A model generated the notes under the pieces. It searched no databases. It was not told the origin of the DNA and saw only the letters and a list, made by a program, of their open reading frames with translations. The position numbers and the translations under genes were made by a program. From Euglena gracilis (lineage: Eukaryota), in the NCBI GenBank assembly GCA_039621445.1, contig CP154954.1, positions 27,206,123-27,270,122 on the forward strand: 64,000 nt of DNA. The letters run 5' to 3'. The stretch's first letter is position 1. Every line of letters starts with the position of its first letter. This document shows, one piece after another, positions 14,135-27,469 of the stretch.

Positions 14135-15828
14135 GGGGGGACCCCCCCCCACCCACCACAGCATTTTCACCGATTTCAGGAAACGGCCGATGTCAGGAAA
14201 ACGGGGGTTTTGGCCAGAAATTTTTTGAATTTTTTTTGAAAAATGAACACAAAACACATGATTTTTTGATGGAAACCCACATTTTTTTCACAAAAAAAAC
14301 CTCAAAAATTTCAGGATTAAAAATTGGTAGGTTTTAGGAGGGGGGTGAAAAAAACGAAGATCAAAAAAAGTGTACCAAATTTTGGCACAGTCAAATTTTA
14401 CTGACATTTTTTTCTCGTTGAATTTTTTTGGACTTCCAATGGCATTTTTTGCTTCAAAAACCTCTCAAAATCAACATTTTGAGAAAATGTTGAATTTTTG
14501 GAAGGTGTGAAAAAATGGGGTTTTGGGTGGTTTTGGGGGGGGGGGGCACCCTTTTTGGGTCCCAAAATGGGTCAAAAAAAAAACACCCAGCGCCGAAGGC
14601 ACCAGAAAAATTCTTTCGGGTCCAAAAGTTGGTGCTCCCGGAAATACGGGAAGAGGTGGTGGGGGGGTAGACCCCCCCACCCAACATGCAGGGGGTGGGG
14701 AGGGGGTCGACCCCCTCCCTGGCTGTTCGGCCGATTCCCGTTCTGCCCTGCCCCCCTCCCGTGGGGGAGTTCCCCCAGGGGGGAGTGGGATTAACCTCCC
14801 CCCTGTGCTGTGCCCCCAGTGCTGCGGGGCCAACAGAGCTGCGGGTCCAAATAGTGCTGCACCCCCCGCCGGATAAAGCGAGCGTCCAACAGTGCTGCAC
14901 CCTACCCCAAATCACAGCAATGTGAAATGCGTAGAATCTGGTGCAACCTACTGCAGGCACCGGAGAGGGGAAAGGGGGCAAATTCCCACCCGAACAACTC
15001 ATAGAAGTCGTCCGAAGATGAATCACACGACCTCACTAGCCTCAGAGAGGACATTGAACAGGCAACCAGGGTGCCTGTGGTGATAGGCCGGGACTAAGAG
15101 GCACCCAGTCCAATAGTGCGGCGGGTCCAAATAATGCTGCACCTCGCCACCGGAGGCGGCCGTCCAATAGAGCTGCGGGTGCAATACTATTTGGGGGGTT
15201 ATACTTTTCAGCACCGAAGGCGCCGAAAATTTTTGAAAACCGTGCTATTTTTGGCATTTTTCGCATTTTTTGGCCATTTCAGGAAAATTGAGTGGGTATC
15301 CCGGGACCCCCGGGGGGCCCCCAGGGGGTGGGTGGGTGGGTGGGCCCCCGGTCTTGAAAAAACCCTCTGTTAACATTTCAGAAATTACTGTAAAATACCT
15401 GAAAATTACCGCAAATTGCAGGTATAATTTGTAAATCTCAAATTTCGCCAAATTTGCGATCCTAGCCTTTTCGGCCTTCCATTACGAGCAAGTCCCATTC
15501 AGGGCTCAGCATATTCAAAACCTGGTCCAGACCCCCTCCGTGTTGGAGTCTGAGCCCCCCCCCCCAAGGCTTCCAGTAGGGTCCAGCTTAAGAAATAACC
15601 TGCAACCCCCCCGAACCAAGAGGGTGGCGAACCCCATCCTTGGGGGCTGAACCTGGGGTGCAATTTAATGTAATAGGGCTGTCACATGCTTCCCGATACC
15701 AACTTCAGACTCTGGCTGTCACAATTTAGACCTGCAACACCAATTGTTTTTGAGAAAAGGGGGGGGAAGAGAAAAGGCCAACCCACCTTGATTCACCAAA
15801 GGATAAAAACAATTCCAGGCAAAAGCAC

Positions 15829-16002
15829 CTTTCTGTGTTCTGAGCTTGCTTGTTCAATGCTCCATCAACTGTAATGACAATCACAGTTTCCCCCCTCAAC
15901 AAAACCAGGCCAAGTGTGCGCTTCTCCTCCTTCTCTTCTTTTGTACCTTTTGAAACGATGGTGCGGAACTCATCAGTATCGGCAAGGACAAGGTTCATAT
16001 GC
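15829..16002 (-). CDS. SNRPB: SmB coding exon 2
   Basis: CTTCAG|G acceptor, then [47 protein letters not shown] (Sm2 motif), ending AG|GTGCTT. 174 bp, phase 2-2. Confidence 0.92.
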
Positions 16003-16027
16003 CTGAAGTGAGATGGTTGGGGGGGGC

Positions 16028-16499
16028 CAGGCTTTTGCTTAAGACCCCCGGGGGGGGGGGGGGGTACTGGCTAGCCAATCGGCTAGACACTGGAAAAAAC
16101 AGACTAGCTAGAACCCCCTCCCGGGGGGGGGGGGGGTCCGGGGGTCCCCCGAACTGGAAAAAAAAAATTTTCCTCCAGCGCTGCGCGCCGGAGGAAAAAT
16201 GAGGTTTTTAATAGGTTTTTGGCTGATTTTGTTCCAAAAATTCCCAAAAATGGCCAAAAAACGGGCATTTTTGGCCATTTTGGGGGTGCATTTTTGGCCA
16301 TTTTCGGGGGTCTCCAAAAAAATTTTCGGCGCTTCGCGCCGGTCACTGGAAAAAAATTCTCCACTAGCTAGCCCTGCTAGCAGACCCCCCCCCGGGGGGG
16401 GGGGGTCTGCTAGAAATCCCACTGGCCAAATTTGGACTAGCTGCAGTCCAGCCCCCCCCCCACTACTGGGGGCACTGCAATCCCTTAAGCAAATGCCTG
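16028..16499. mobile_element. MITE family A, about 25 bp from the SmB exon 2 acceptor
   Basis: Same TIR with one mismatch; TSD degenerate. Confidence 0.85.
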
Positions 16500-17760
16500 G
16501 AGAGGCAGATGGAAAGAGCAAGTGAGCAAGCAAGCAAGCAAAAAAGAGGGAGAGACAAAATTCGCAGCCAGCGGGAACAAAATATTTCCGGCGCGAAGCT
16601 CCGAATTTGGACCCGAAAAATTGACCCCAAAGGTGGACCCCAGAGGTGGTCTGGTGGACTCTGGACGCCCAGGTTCCTAAAAAACCCTCTGGTCAACCAG
16701 GATTCGCATTTGGATTTGTGTTAAATTTCTCCCCAAAATTTCTGAGTTCACGAATTTTTTCTGGTCAGAATTATCCTTCAGTGCCAAAAGCATTGAAAGA
16801 ATTTTTTTTTAACGTGGCGCTTCTGGGGGGAGGGTGTACCCACTCAGCTTGACCCCCCCCCAGGGGGGACCAACCCACCCACCCACCAACCCACCCACCT
16901 CAATCACCAAACTTAAAAAAAATTCTGGGGTCGTCCTAACCCACCACAGGGGTTTCCTGTACAGCACCAATCAAAACCGGCTGGAAAGTCGCTCGTGTTT
17001 TGAAAAAATTCTTCTGGAAATGGGGCTGGGATCTGAGCTTCTCATTGTTCGGATGCCCCGTTTTCCCCGGTGGAAAGCTTCGCCCTTATACTGAGGAGAT
17101 AAAAGTTCAGCGACCCCCCTCCACTTCTGGCTGGCCCCGGCTTTCCACTGTGCCCGGAACATAGATTCACTTAACACCTGTGTGATCCCTCCCCCGTATG
17201 GGTAAGAGCGAAGCTTACCACCTTTTTGACCCCCCCCCCTGCTTGCCACCCCCTCTCAGGGGCACCTCGGGAGAACCAAGGTTTCCGGTGTGAACCGACT
17301 CCCGCCGCGTTGTCGAAATTATCTTGGAGAGAAATATCCCCCATGGTCTCCCGCATCTGTTGATATATGACATATGAATCCTAATTTTAAATCTGGCCTG
17401 TCTTACGCCTGTTTTACTGGGCCCAGGTCCAAAAAAAAGGGACCGTAAAAAAGGGCGTACTTGCCAACAAGACCCTGCTCCTATTCCTCACGTCGGTTTG
17501 GCCAGCTGGGGGGATGCGCGGTTTGCCCCTCGCCGTTATGCTAATGCCCACGTACCCCAGGTCCTTCTCCCTGGCCCATTGGACGACTCGGCATGCCGGT
17601 GGAGTTAGTGAAAAAGTACGGTCCTGTCGGTCTGAAAAAGTAATTCAGGATCAGCGTGCCTTTGCAATGTGTGCTATGTGTATGATACCTGGTGTCAACT
17701 TTGGGGTCCAAAATTTTTTGACTGCTTTGCGCTGAGAATAGAGGAAATCCCTGCCTCTGT

Positions 17761-17900
17761 ATCCCTGACCCTGACCCTGACCCTAACCCTAACTCTGGCC
17801 CCGACCCTATCCAAAACCGTCTCCCTGACACCCTGACCCTGACTCCATCCATAACCGTATCCCTGACCCTGACTCAAAGCCTGACCTAAACCTAAAGCAA
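17761..17900. repeat. Degenerate telomere-like hexamer array
   Basis: CCCTGA, CCCTAA and CCCGA units in tandem. Confidence 0.65.
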
Positions 17901-17918
17901 AGCCTCCATGGGGTAAAC

Positions 17919-18260
17919 CAGGGTTCGATATAAGGACAGGGGGGGGGGGACACCCCCCCACCTAAACAGTTGCGCGGTCTGGGTTACCGAAATTTTTTGA
18001 CCCCCCAAAACGACCAAAAGTGCCATTTTGGGCACTTTTTGGGCAAAAATGTGCCAAAAATGCAAAAAAATTTCGGCGCAAAGCGCTGGAGGAAAAAATT
18101 GACCCTTTTTGGGGGGGTCCCGGGAACCCCCCGAGGGTCGGTCCGGACCCCCCTGGCAGGTGGGGGGGGTCCAGACCCCCCCCCTGCGGGCCAGGAGGGG
18201 GGGGGGGTGGGGGGGACCCCCCCACCTAAACCATGTACGCCCTCCTTATATCAAACCCTG
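17919..18260. mobile_element. MITE family B
   Basis: TIR CAGGGTTCGATATAAGGA, TSD G(G/C)GTAAAC. Confidence 0.85.
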
Positions 18261-20084
18261 GCGTAAACACCACAAGCAAATTTCCTGGATAGACCGAATC
18301 TCTAACCCTGACCCGACAGCCAAAAGAAAAAATGACCCACGGGAGGAGCGTTGTTCATTTTTTTTGACTTCAGATTTTTATATTGGGTGTATTTCTACTC
18401 ATGTTCATTTGGGCACTGTTCTCACCACAAAAAAAATCAAATTTAAGCTTATTTAAGGTTTTGCAAATGATGGGGACATCGCTCCCACCTGTCGAAAAAT
18501 ACCCTTAACAACTGATTTTGGCAGTGTCCACTGCCAGAAAACATGCTAAATTGGACGTTTCCGATGTAATTGCATGCGTCAAAGAGAGATGGCACAGAAA
18601 CCTGCGAAAATCCCAGAGAAGACACATTGTCCATCGTGCAATCACTTCCAGCCGAAACCCAGATGAGACATCTGCTTTTTTCATCAACTTTAAAATTCAT
18701 GATGACTCACTGCCAGTGTTCAAGGAAAGAGATTGGTTATTTGTTGCACAGATTATATACAACCTCACAGAAGAAATGACCGATGGGACCGTCGGTCAAG
18801 ATGATCGCTTTGATCCTTGAGGAGGTGTTTTGTGAGCCCCTTCTGAGTGGTCATTCCAGGGTGCCCCATATACTGTACCAACTGATTACTGCCCAGCATT
18901 TGTCCTGGGGCACAGAACACACAGGTGGATTTGGAAAATATGCTGCCTGGATTCCAGAATACATATAATACGTCACAGATTTGACGCATCCTTTCCTTCA
19001 CACTCATGAGGAATGTGCTAAAGCATTCTTGATGGCATACTGGCATGCCAGCAAGAATTACATTACTCAGAAGCACTAGAATTACATTACTCAGAAGCAC
19101 TGAGAATCAATCATGGCCATGAAGACTGATGGTTTCTTACTGATGACTTACTTGCAGAGGCTCCCAAAGAGCAGTGTGTGCAACTGGGCCTGCATTGCGT
19201 GGCGTGAACCTGCTCACAGTGTTCAAGAAGCTCAAAAAGACTCCAACAAACATGCCATTGTTTGTCATATCTGATGATGATGGCAATAAACAATTTCATT
19301 TCAAAAATTTCAACTTTCAAACAGGCTGCACTGAGAGGGGCAAGCTGTGTTTTGATGCTTATGATTCAAACAAAACATATGCTGAGTTGGAAACAATATT
19401 GGAATCCATGTTTTCACATGGGTCATTATCTGCATTGTGGCTGAAGAGAAGAGCACGTGGTCAGAAAACAGACTGCGACCAGTAAGACGTTGGTTTCTTA
19501 AGTTTGTCGGAAATTGCCACGGAGTCTCAAGATATCAAATTCTTTCAAAAGATTGATATGCTCGCCCACACAATATTTCCTCACAGACAATGCTTTGAAA
19601 CAACTGCGACAGGTTAAAGCACGATACCGTTATTTGGGTGCGGTTTTGATGGGGCTGTTGCATCGTGTATTGAATATTATTTGTTCATGGGAAACCGGGA
19701 AATTAATGCACGTGTTGTGGGATCAGTCGGTTGATTGAAGATGGGAAATCAAACACACATATGGATGTTGTGGTGGTGGCATCAAAAACAGGCCACGTTT
19801 CTGTTGTGTTTGTTTCCATGTTTCTGCAGCTCTCATTCCAATCACAGCTTCTTGTTGCAATGTCGAGCATAAAGGGAGAAAGCACTCTTCGGCATTTGCC
19901 AAGCGATGTCCTCTGTGTTACTTCTCCCTTCCCTGCGTTTTGATTTTCCCAGAGGGGTTCTATTTCCCAGGCTAGCACAAGTTGTATGAGTATGTGAAAG
20001 TCTTCATCATTTGCAAGTTTGCCAGCCATGATGGTCAGAAAGGTGGGCTGGGGTGGCATTGTTTTGAGATTATTGAGAATATTG

Positions 20085-20785
20085 AGAATGTGTGGGCCCT
20101 CCGTGAGAGTCCAGGACAGCCACAATGCGGCTGGGCATGTATTCACACAAAACCCCAATTTGCTGGGCAGCAACATCTGTGAAAGCGCACTGGAGTGTAG
20201 ACCACAGTGTGCTTCGGTTAGAAAAATGAAGCTGTCCAGCTTTTGGTCACCAACGGCCACATGTGCTTGGGTTCAGGTAGGGGTTCATCGGAGGCCATGT
20301 GCCAGGTTCGTTTTTTTCCAGACCCTACAAGGGTAAAATTGGTGTGGGGGAGTTCATGCACACATACACACATGCAAACATCACGCACACCCCCACATGC
20401 ACGCACATCACGCACACACAGTCGCACATGCACGCACAAGCACACATGCCTGCCTGCACGCATTCATAAACCTACAGATCGCATATTGACACATTCTTTT
20501 TTACAACTGAATGCATTTGTTGCTGGTGACCAAATTATCGCAGCCATGAGATTGCTGAACACCCCCACACCAATTTTACCCTTATGAGCCCCGACCTGAA
20601 CCCAATCGAGCACAAATGGCCGTTGGTGACCAAAGCCGGAAAGTTTCATTTTCTCCAACCGAAACACACTGTGGTCTACACTCCAGTGCGCTTTCACAGC
20701 AAATTGGGGTTTTGTGTGAATCCATATTCAGCCGCATTGTGGCTGTCGTGGACTCTCTATGGAGGGCCCACACATTATTGAAGCC
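20085..20785. mobile_element. Tc1/IS630-like transposase relics as an inverted pair around a (CA)-rich microsatellite
   Basis: SPDLNPIEHKW at 20587 on plus. About 200 bp of it recurs inverted at 20085-20285. Confidence 0.6.
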
Positions 20786-22183
20786 TTCCTCCAATGGCAA
20801 AAGCCAGTAATTATTCATGCGAGAACAATAAACACCGTAATCCTTGCAGCTTAAAAAAAATGTGTGCAGTTCGAGTCAGTTTCGGGGGGAACTTCGTTTT
20901 TCGAGTGTCCCACTATTTAGTTCCGGTGGACTGTCCCACTATTTAGTTCCCCTACTGTAACCTCACCCATATCGTAACCAGTGAGGTGAAATGTGTTTCG
21001 CATTTTTTTGCGCATTTTTTTTTCAAATCTTCGAAAAATGCACATTTTGTTGTCCATTATTTTCGCATTTTTTCGCGAATTTTTTGAGGCAATTTTTGAG
21101 CCGTTTTGTGAGCAACTTTTTTCTGCGCATTTTTCGCGATTCCCCCAAAGGAATTTTCGCATTTTTTTTGACACTCTTACATTTTTGGCATTTTTTGGTT
21201 TTTCAATTTTTTTTGAAACTGACATTTTCTGTAAAATTCCATATTTCTGCAAATTTACCATGCCCCCCCCCCCCGGGCCAACATTCCCACAGGGGGGCAG
21301 GGATAACACCACTCCCATAAAAAAAGACATTCAGAAGATCATGTCCAGTACAGAAAAACGAAAGACAACACTGCCAAACCTTTTTTTGAATGACAAAGAT
21401 CCTCAATCAAAAGCTCTTTTCATCAGACGTACTCTTATTTCCTTTCACTGGGAAATCCCAATTTTCACAATTCTTGTACCCCCCTGGACCCCCCAGGTCG
21501 TCGACTTGAAGAGGAAAATCGTTTCTGCATGGTTCATCATGCTTCTTAAACCAAACTGGACCCAAAATCACCGCAAATTTCGACTCAGATTCTGGCCGAT
21601 CCGACGATCGCGAGCGTGTCTCTGGCTGCATGCAACGTTAGGGTACCAAGTTACCCCTCGATTGAAAGCTCCTTTCAACAGACAACCAGCGGTGATTTTT
21701 TCACGCATTTCCACTCTATTTCCAAAACAGGGCCAATTTCCCCCAAATTTCTCTTCAAATTGACCACTTGAAGGTTCCAGGGGGGTGCCAAAATTGCGGG
21801 TTTAGGATTTCTCTTGGACACAAAATAAGATTACCGAGCAGCGTGGCTGAGTTTGGTGGTCATCACTGGTCGTCTGATGAAAAGAGGTTTTGATCGAGGT
21901 TTGAGTTTGCACCTGAATGGATGGAGCCAGAGACACATTCACGACCGTCGGAATTACCCCCCCCCCTTATTGTCCCACCGAACTGCCCCCAGGGCCCGAT
22001 CGGACAATGAGGGGGGGGATAAGACCGTACCAAAGGAATTTCATTGGCCGGGCCAAAAAACCACCTGTCGTCCGGGGCCCAGGGACAACAAGGGGGGGGG
22101 GGGGGGCGGGGACAAAAAGAGGGGGGGGGGGTAAAGCAGCGGTAGAAAAGTAGCAGAAAAGGGTCACAGATTGGTCCTGGGAG

Positions 22184-22659
22184 CAGGGAATTTCTTAAGG
22201 ACCCCGGGGGGGGGGGGTCCAGCCTCCGGCTGGCAAAAAGGCTGCTGGCTGGATTTGAGATGCTGGCTGGACCCCCCCCCCCTAGGGGGTGGGGGGGAGG
22301 GGGGGTCCGGGGCTGGAGGGGGCTGGGCTGGGCTGGGTCGGTGAAAAACAAAATTTTCTGAAACATTTTTGGCATTTTCGACATTTTGGTGGATGGAGCT
22401 AGATCAAGGCGGGGGGCTGTGATGGAGGAAGCTGTGGTGAGGGGGAAAATGCAGGGATAGGTGAGCTGGGCAGCCCAGTTGGCTGGCCCGGCCTTCGGCC
22501 GGCTGGCCCGGCCGGGCTGGACCCGACTTTATTTCAGTCGACCCCCGGGGGGGAGGGGGCTCCCCGCCCGAGTTTGGGCTGCTGGCTGGATTTGAGCTGG
22601 CTGGCTGGCTGGACCCTCCCCCGGGGGGTAGGGTACCCTCCGGCTTAAGAAATTCCCTG
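22184..22659. mobile_element. MITE (hAT-like)
   Basis: TIR CAGGGAATTTCTTAAG, TSD CCTGGGAG; empty-site paralog at about 33126-33155. Confidence 0.9.
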
Positions 22660-23554
22660 CCTGGGAGTGTCCTTTGACCGAAAGTTTGGTAACGCCGGTT
22701 CTGTCGTGAACCCAGCGGGCTTGAAAATCCCGGTTTACAGCTAACTGCCTACTTTGGCGCCGTGGCCAAAACCATGGCCCGTGGCGGCCAGTAATTTGGC
22801 CTAGATTGCCAAACCCCAGGCATCACGTGCCGCTATTCTGGCTCGTGGTGGCCGGAACTTTGGCACCGAGTGGCCAAAACCACAGTGTCCGGTTGCCATT
22901 ACTTTAGCCCCTGCCGATTGTGGGGATGTGTTGATTTCTTGGACTGGACGCATGTTTCCCTGTTCCCCCTTTTCAGAAACAATCCTGTGTGTCCCTCCTG
23001 CCACGACAAGGGGGGGGTACTTGTTTGCTGCTCGACTGCCACCTAAATGGGTGATTATGGGGTTATTTGAAGGAGTTGGGTTAGGGCAACATGGCCATGT
23101 TGCACAACATGACCGCGTTGCCCAAACCCTATCTCTTCAAAATAACCTGAACCAACTTGTAAAAATTTAGGTGGCGGTCGAGTAGCGAACAAGTACCGGG
23201 GGGGGCATCACACAAACTGGGCCAGAAGCGAAAAACTGGAGGGGGGCACCATCCTCGCCGGGGAAAATATCCAGGGGAGGGATGCACTGGACGGAAAAAA
23301 TGCACAAAAATGCGCAAAAAATGCGCTGAGTTTGTGACATTCTTAATGGAAAAAGGCTTGGACAAATTTCCAACAGTAAAACCCAAAATTAAACCAAAAT
23401 CACCAAAAAGAGCTGAAATGAAGGCATTTTTGGTTAAAAAAAAATGCATGACCAAGGCGTCACTCTCCGTTCACCATAACCAACAATGTCAGCTATGGTG
23501 CCCCTTACTTGTGACCAGGGGAGTGGGATTCCTGCCTTGGTTACGTGTCAATGT

Positions 23555-26500
23555 GGGGCTCCCGGATCTGGCCTGGGGGGGGGGGGTTGTGGGCCGACCC
23601 TAGGGTCGGCCCACGGTCGCCAAAGGTCGCCAAAGGTCGCTATGGTCGACCCCCCCCAGGCTGTGGGGTGGGTGGCGACCCTAGAAACCCTTGTGGGCCG
23701 ACCCTAAGGTCGACTTAGGGTCGGCCCACCCCACGACCTCCCCCCCCCCCTACAACCCTAGGGTCGACTTAAGGTCGGCCCACCCCACGACCTCCCCCCC
23801 CCCTGCCACCTCAGGGTCGACTTAGGGTCGGCCCACCACACGACCTCCCCCCCCCCTCCAAAGAAAAAAAAAGAAATTTTCAGGCCCCAAAATAACAAAA
23901 TTCCTTGTGTTACCCACCCGTTTTGGGGGGCAAATCCCTTGTGTAACCCAACTGATTTGGGGGGACAAATCCCTTTCGTTGCCCAACTGTTCGGCGGCCG
24001 CAAAATAACAAAATCCCTTGTGTTACCCACCCGTTTTGGGGGGCAAATCCCTTTTGTTGCCCAACTGTTCGGGGGCCCCAAAATAACAAAATCCCTTGTG
24101 TTACCCACCCCTTTTGGGGGGAAAATCCCTTGTGTAACCCAACCGATCTGGGGGGCAAATCCCTTTTGTTGCCCAACTGTTCGAGGGCCCCAAAATAACA
24201 AAATCCTTTGTGTTACCCACCCCTTTTGGGGGCAAATCCCTTTTGTTGCCCACTGATCTGGGGGGTAAATCCCTTTTGTTGCCCAACTGTTCGGGGGCGC
24301 CAAAATAACAAAATCCCTTGTGTTACCCACCCGTTTTGGGGGGCAAATCCCTTGTGTAACCCAACTGATTAGGGGGGCAAATCCCTTTTGTTGCCCAACT
24401 GTTCGGGGGCCCCAAAAAAACAAAATCCCTTGTGTTACCCACCCGTTTTGGGGGGCAAATCCGGCCCCGAGCAAGAAATTGGTGATGGACTTTTTGGTGG
24501 TCGCTAGCGACTAGTCGCTAGCGACCATGGTCGCTAGCGACCATTTTCTAGCGACTAGTCGCTAGCGACCATTGGTGATAGGGTCGCTAGCGACTAGTCG
24601 CTGGCGACCTGTCGCTAGCGACCACCAATTTTAAGTCCACCCTCCCCTCTAAAAAAGTTTTTAAGCCCCCCCCCTCCAAAAAAAATTCATTCAAATATGA
24701 AGGAAAATGACTCGAAACCCACCCAAATGCCTTCAGAAACCCCCATTCGGGGGTCCATCTGCAAAAAATTTTGGGTAATATCTACTTTTTGCGCCAATTC
24801 TGTGAAAGTTGTCTTTGTCCTGCACACACAAGGGGATTTTGTTATTGGAGGGTGGGGGGGGTGCGGGGGAGGGGCGGCAGCCCCCACCCCCCCCGCTAGA
24901 CGACCAAGGGCGCCGAAGGCGCCTTAGGACTGTTTTGTTTACGGTGCGCGTGGCATTACATGCGCGCCTGGCCCTTGGGTCGGTTACCCCCCGGAGGGGA
25001 TTTTGTTATTGGAGGGCGGGGGGGGGTGGGGGGGGGGGGGGGGCGGCAGCCCCCCCCCCCCCCGCTAGACGACCAAGGGCGCCGAAGGCGCCTTAGGACT
25101 GTTTTGTTTACGGTGCGCGCCTGGCTTTTGTTTACAGTGCGCGTGGGCCGACTAAGTTCGCATATCGGGGTTCCTTCGGGAGCACAATTTGGCCCTCCTA
25201 CTGCAGCCTTCTCCAGGGGGGGGGGTCACCCCCCCCCCCTTCGCACCCCCACCCGCCGTTTTTTTTTTCTCGTTCCTCTTTTCTTTGCCTTTTTTTTTTT
25301 TTTTTTTTTTTTTTGTGTTACCCACCCGTTTTGGGGGCAAAATACCACTTGGGTAATGCAATGGTCGCAGGCATTTATCACCAACAGTCGCTGACAAAGA
25401 CAACTTTCACAGAACTGGCGCAAAAAGAAGATATTACCCAATTTTTTTTGCAAATGGACCCCCGAATGGGGGTTTCTGAAGGCATTTGGGTGGGTTTCGA
25501 GTGGTTTTCCTTCATATTTGAATGAAAAAAATTTGGAGGGGGGGGCTTAAAAAAATTTTTAGAGGGGGGGGTGGACTTAAAATTGGTGGTCGGGCCGACT
25601 AGTCGGCCCGACCACCAATGGTCGCTAGGCCATCACCAACAGTCGCTAGCGACTAGTCGCTAGCGACTAGTCGCTAGCGACCACCAAAAAATCCATCACC
25701 AATTTCCCGCAATGAGCCGGCAAATACCTTGTGTAACCCAACTGATTAGGGGGGGAAATCCCTTTTGTTGCCCAACTGTTCGAGGGCCCCAAAATAACAA
25801 AATCCCTTGTGTTATCCACCCGTTTTGGGGGGCAAATCCCTTGTGTAACCCAACCGATCTGGGGGGCAACTCCCTTTTGCTGCCCAACTGTTCGAGGGCC
25901 CAAAAATAACAAAATCCCTTGTGTTACCCACCCGTTTTGGGGGGCAAATCCCTTGTGTAACCCAACCGATCTGGGGGGCAAATCCCTTTTGTTGCCCAAC
26001 TGTTCGAGGGCCCCAAAATAACAAAATCCCTTGTGTTACCCACCCGTTTTGGGGGGCAAATCCCTTGTGTAACCCAACTGATTAGGGGGGCAAATCCCTT
26101 TTGTTGCCCAACTGTTCGAGGGCCCCAAAATAACAAAATCCTTTGTGTTACCCACCCCTTTTGGGGGGCAAATCCCTTTTGTTGCCCACTGACCTGGGGG
26201 GTAAATCCCTTTTGTTGCCCACTGACCTGGGGGGTAAATCCCTTTCGTTGCCCAACTACCCAACTACCCCCCCCCCGAGCTATTCCCCCCCCCCCCCCGA
26301 GCTATTCCCATTGGGGGTACGGGAATAGCTCACTGTCATAGCACGTTTTATAAAGAACTTCCTAAGAAAGTGGTCAAAAATCGACGTTTTGGACCATTTT
26401 CAAAAATCACCTTTTGGCAAATGTGCACAAAATTGACCATTTTTTGCGAACATCCAAAAAAGTTGCCAAAAATGACCCCTTTTGGGTTGCCCGAGGGGCG

Positions 26501-27469
26501 GGTATGGGAATAGCTCGGGGGGGGGGACCTAGGTCCCCCCCCCCCCCCCAGCTGTTCCCCCCCCCGAGCTGTTCCCCCCCCCCCGTACTGTTCCCATTGG
26601 GCCGTAAAGGGTCCCGGGGACGGGAATAGCTCGGGGGGGAAGGGGGGGCACGGTATTCGGGGGCCCCAAAATAACAAAATCCCTTGTGTTACCCACCCGT
26701 TTTGGGGGGCAAATCCCTTGTGTAACCCAACCGATCTGGGAGGCAAATCCCTTTTGTTGCCCAACTGTTCGAGGGCCCCAAAATAACAAAATCCCTTGTG
26801 TTACCCACCCGTTTTGGGGGTCAAATCCCTTGTGTAACCCAACTGATTAGGGGGGAAAATCTCTTTTGTTGCCCAACTGTTCGAGGGCCCCAAAATAACA
26901 AAGTCCCTTGTGTTGCCCACCCGTTTTGGGGGGCAAATCCCTTGTGTAACCCAACCGATCTGGGGGGTAAATCCCTTTTGTTGCCCAACTGTTCGAGGGC
27001 CCCAAAATAACAAAATCCCTTGTGTTACCCACCCCTTTTGGGGGCAAATCCCTTTTGTTGCCCAACTGTTCGAGGGCCCCAAAATAACAAAATCCCTTGT
27101 GCTACCCACCCGTTTTGGGGGGCAAATCCCGCCCAGCCTAGGGTTGCAGGGGGGGGGGAGGTCGTGGGGTGGGCCGACCCTAAGTCGACCCTAGGGTTGC
27201 AGGGGGGGGGGGGAGGGCGTGGGGTGGGCCGACCCTAAGTCGACACTAGGGTTGTAGGGGGGGGGGGGGGGGTCGTGGGGTGGGCCGACCCTAAGTCGAC
27301 CCTAGGGTCGGCCCATGACCCTAAGTCGACCCTAAGCCGGCGACCCTAGGGTCGGCCCACTAGGGGGGTCTCCCGGACGGCTCTTTGGGCGACCTTTGGC
27401 GACCTTTGGCGACCGTGGGCCGACCCTAGGGTCGGCCCACAACCCCCCCCCAGGCCAGATCTACCCCCC
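23555..27469. mobile_element. Large foldback/TIR element filled with minisatellite and a nested foldback
   Basis: GATCTGGCCTGGGG..GTGGGCCGACCCTAGGGTCGGCCCAC inverted at both ends; GTCAATGTG is repeated on both flanks. Confidence 0.75.
23880..27130 (+). repeat. 112-bp minisatellite in three blocks (23880-24460, 25720-26255, 26660-27130)
   Basis: Unit CCCCAAAATAACAAAATCCCTTGTGTTACCCACCCGTTTTGGGGGGCAAATCCCTTGTGTAACCCAAC...GTTGCCCAACTGTTCGAGGG. Confidence 0.9.

Noticed and set aside
23880-27130. Regular repeats as a CRISPR array or repeat-protein gene
   Set aside because: No unique spacers, no cas genes, eukaryotic context; the ORFs simply translate the minisatellite.
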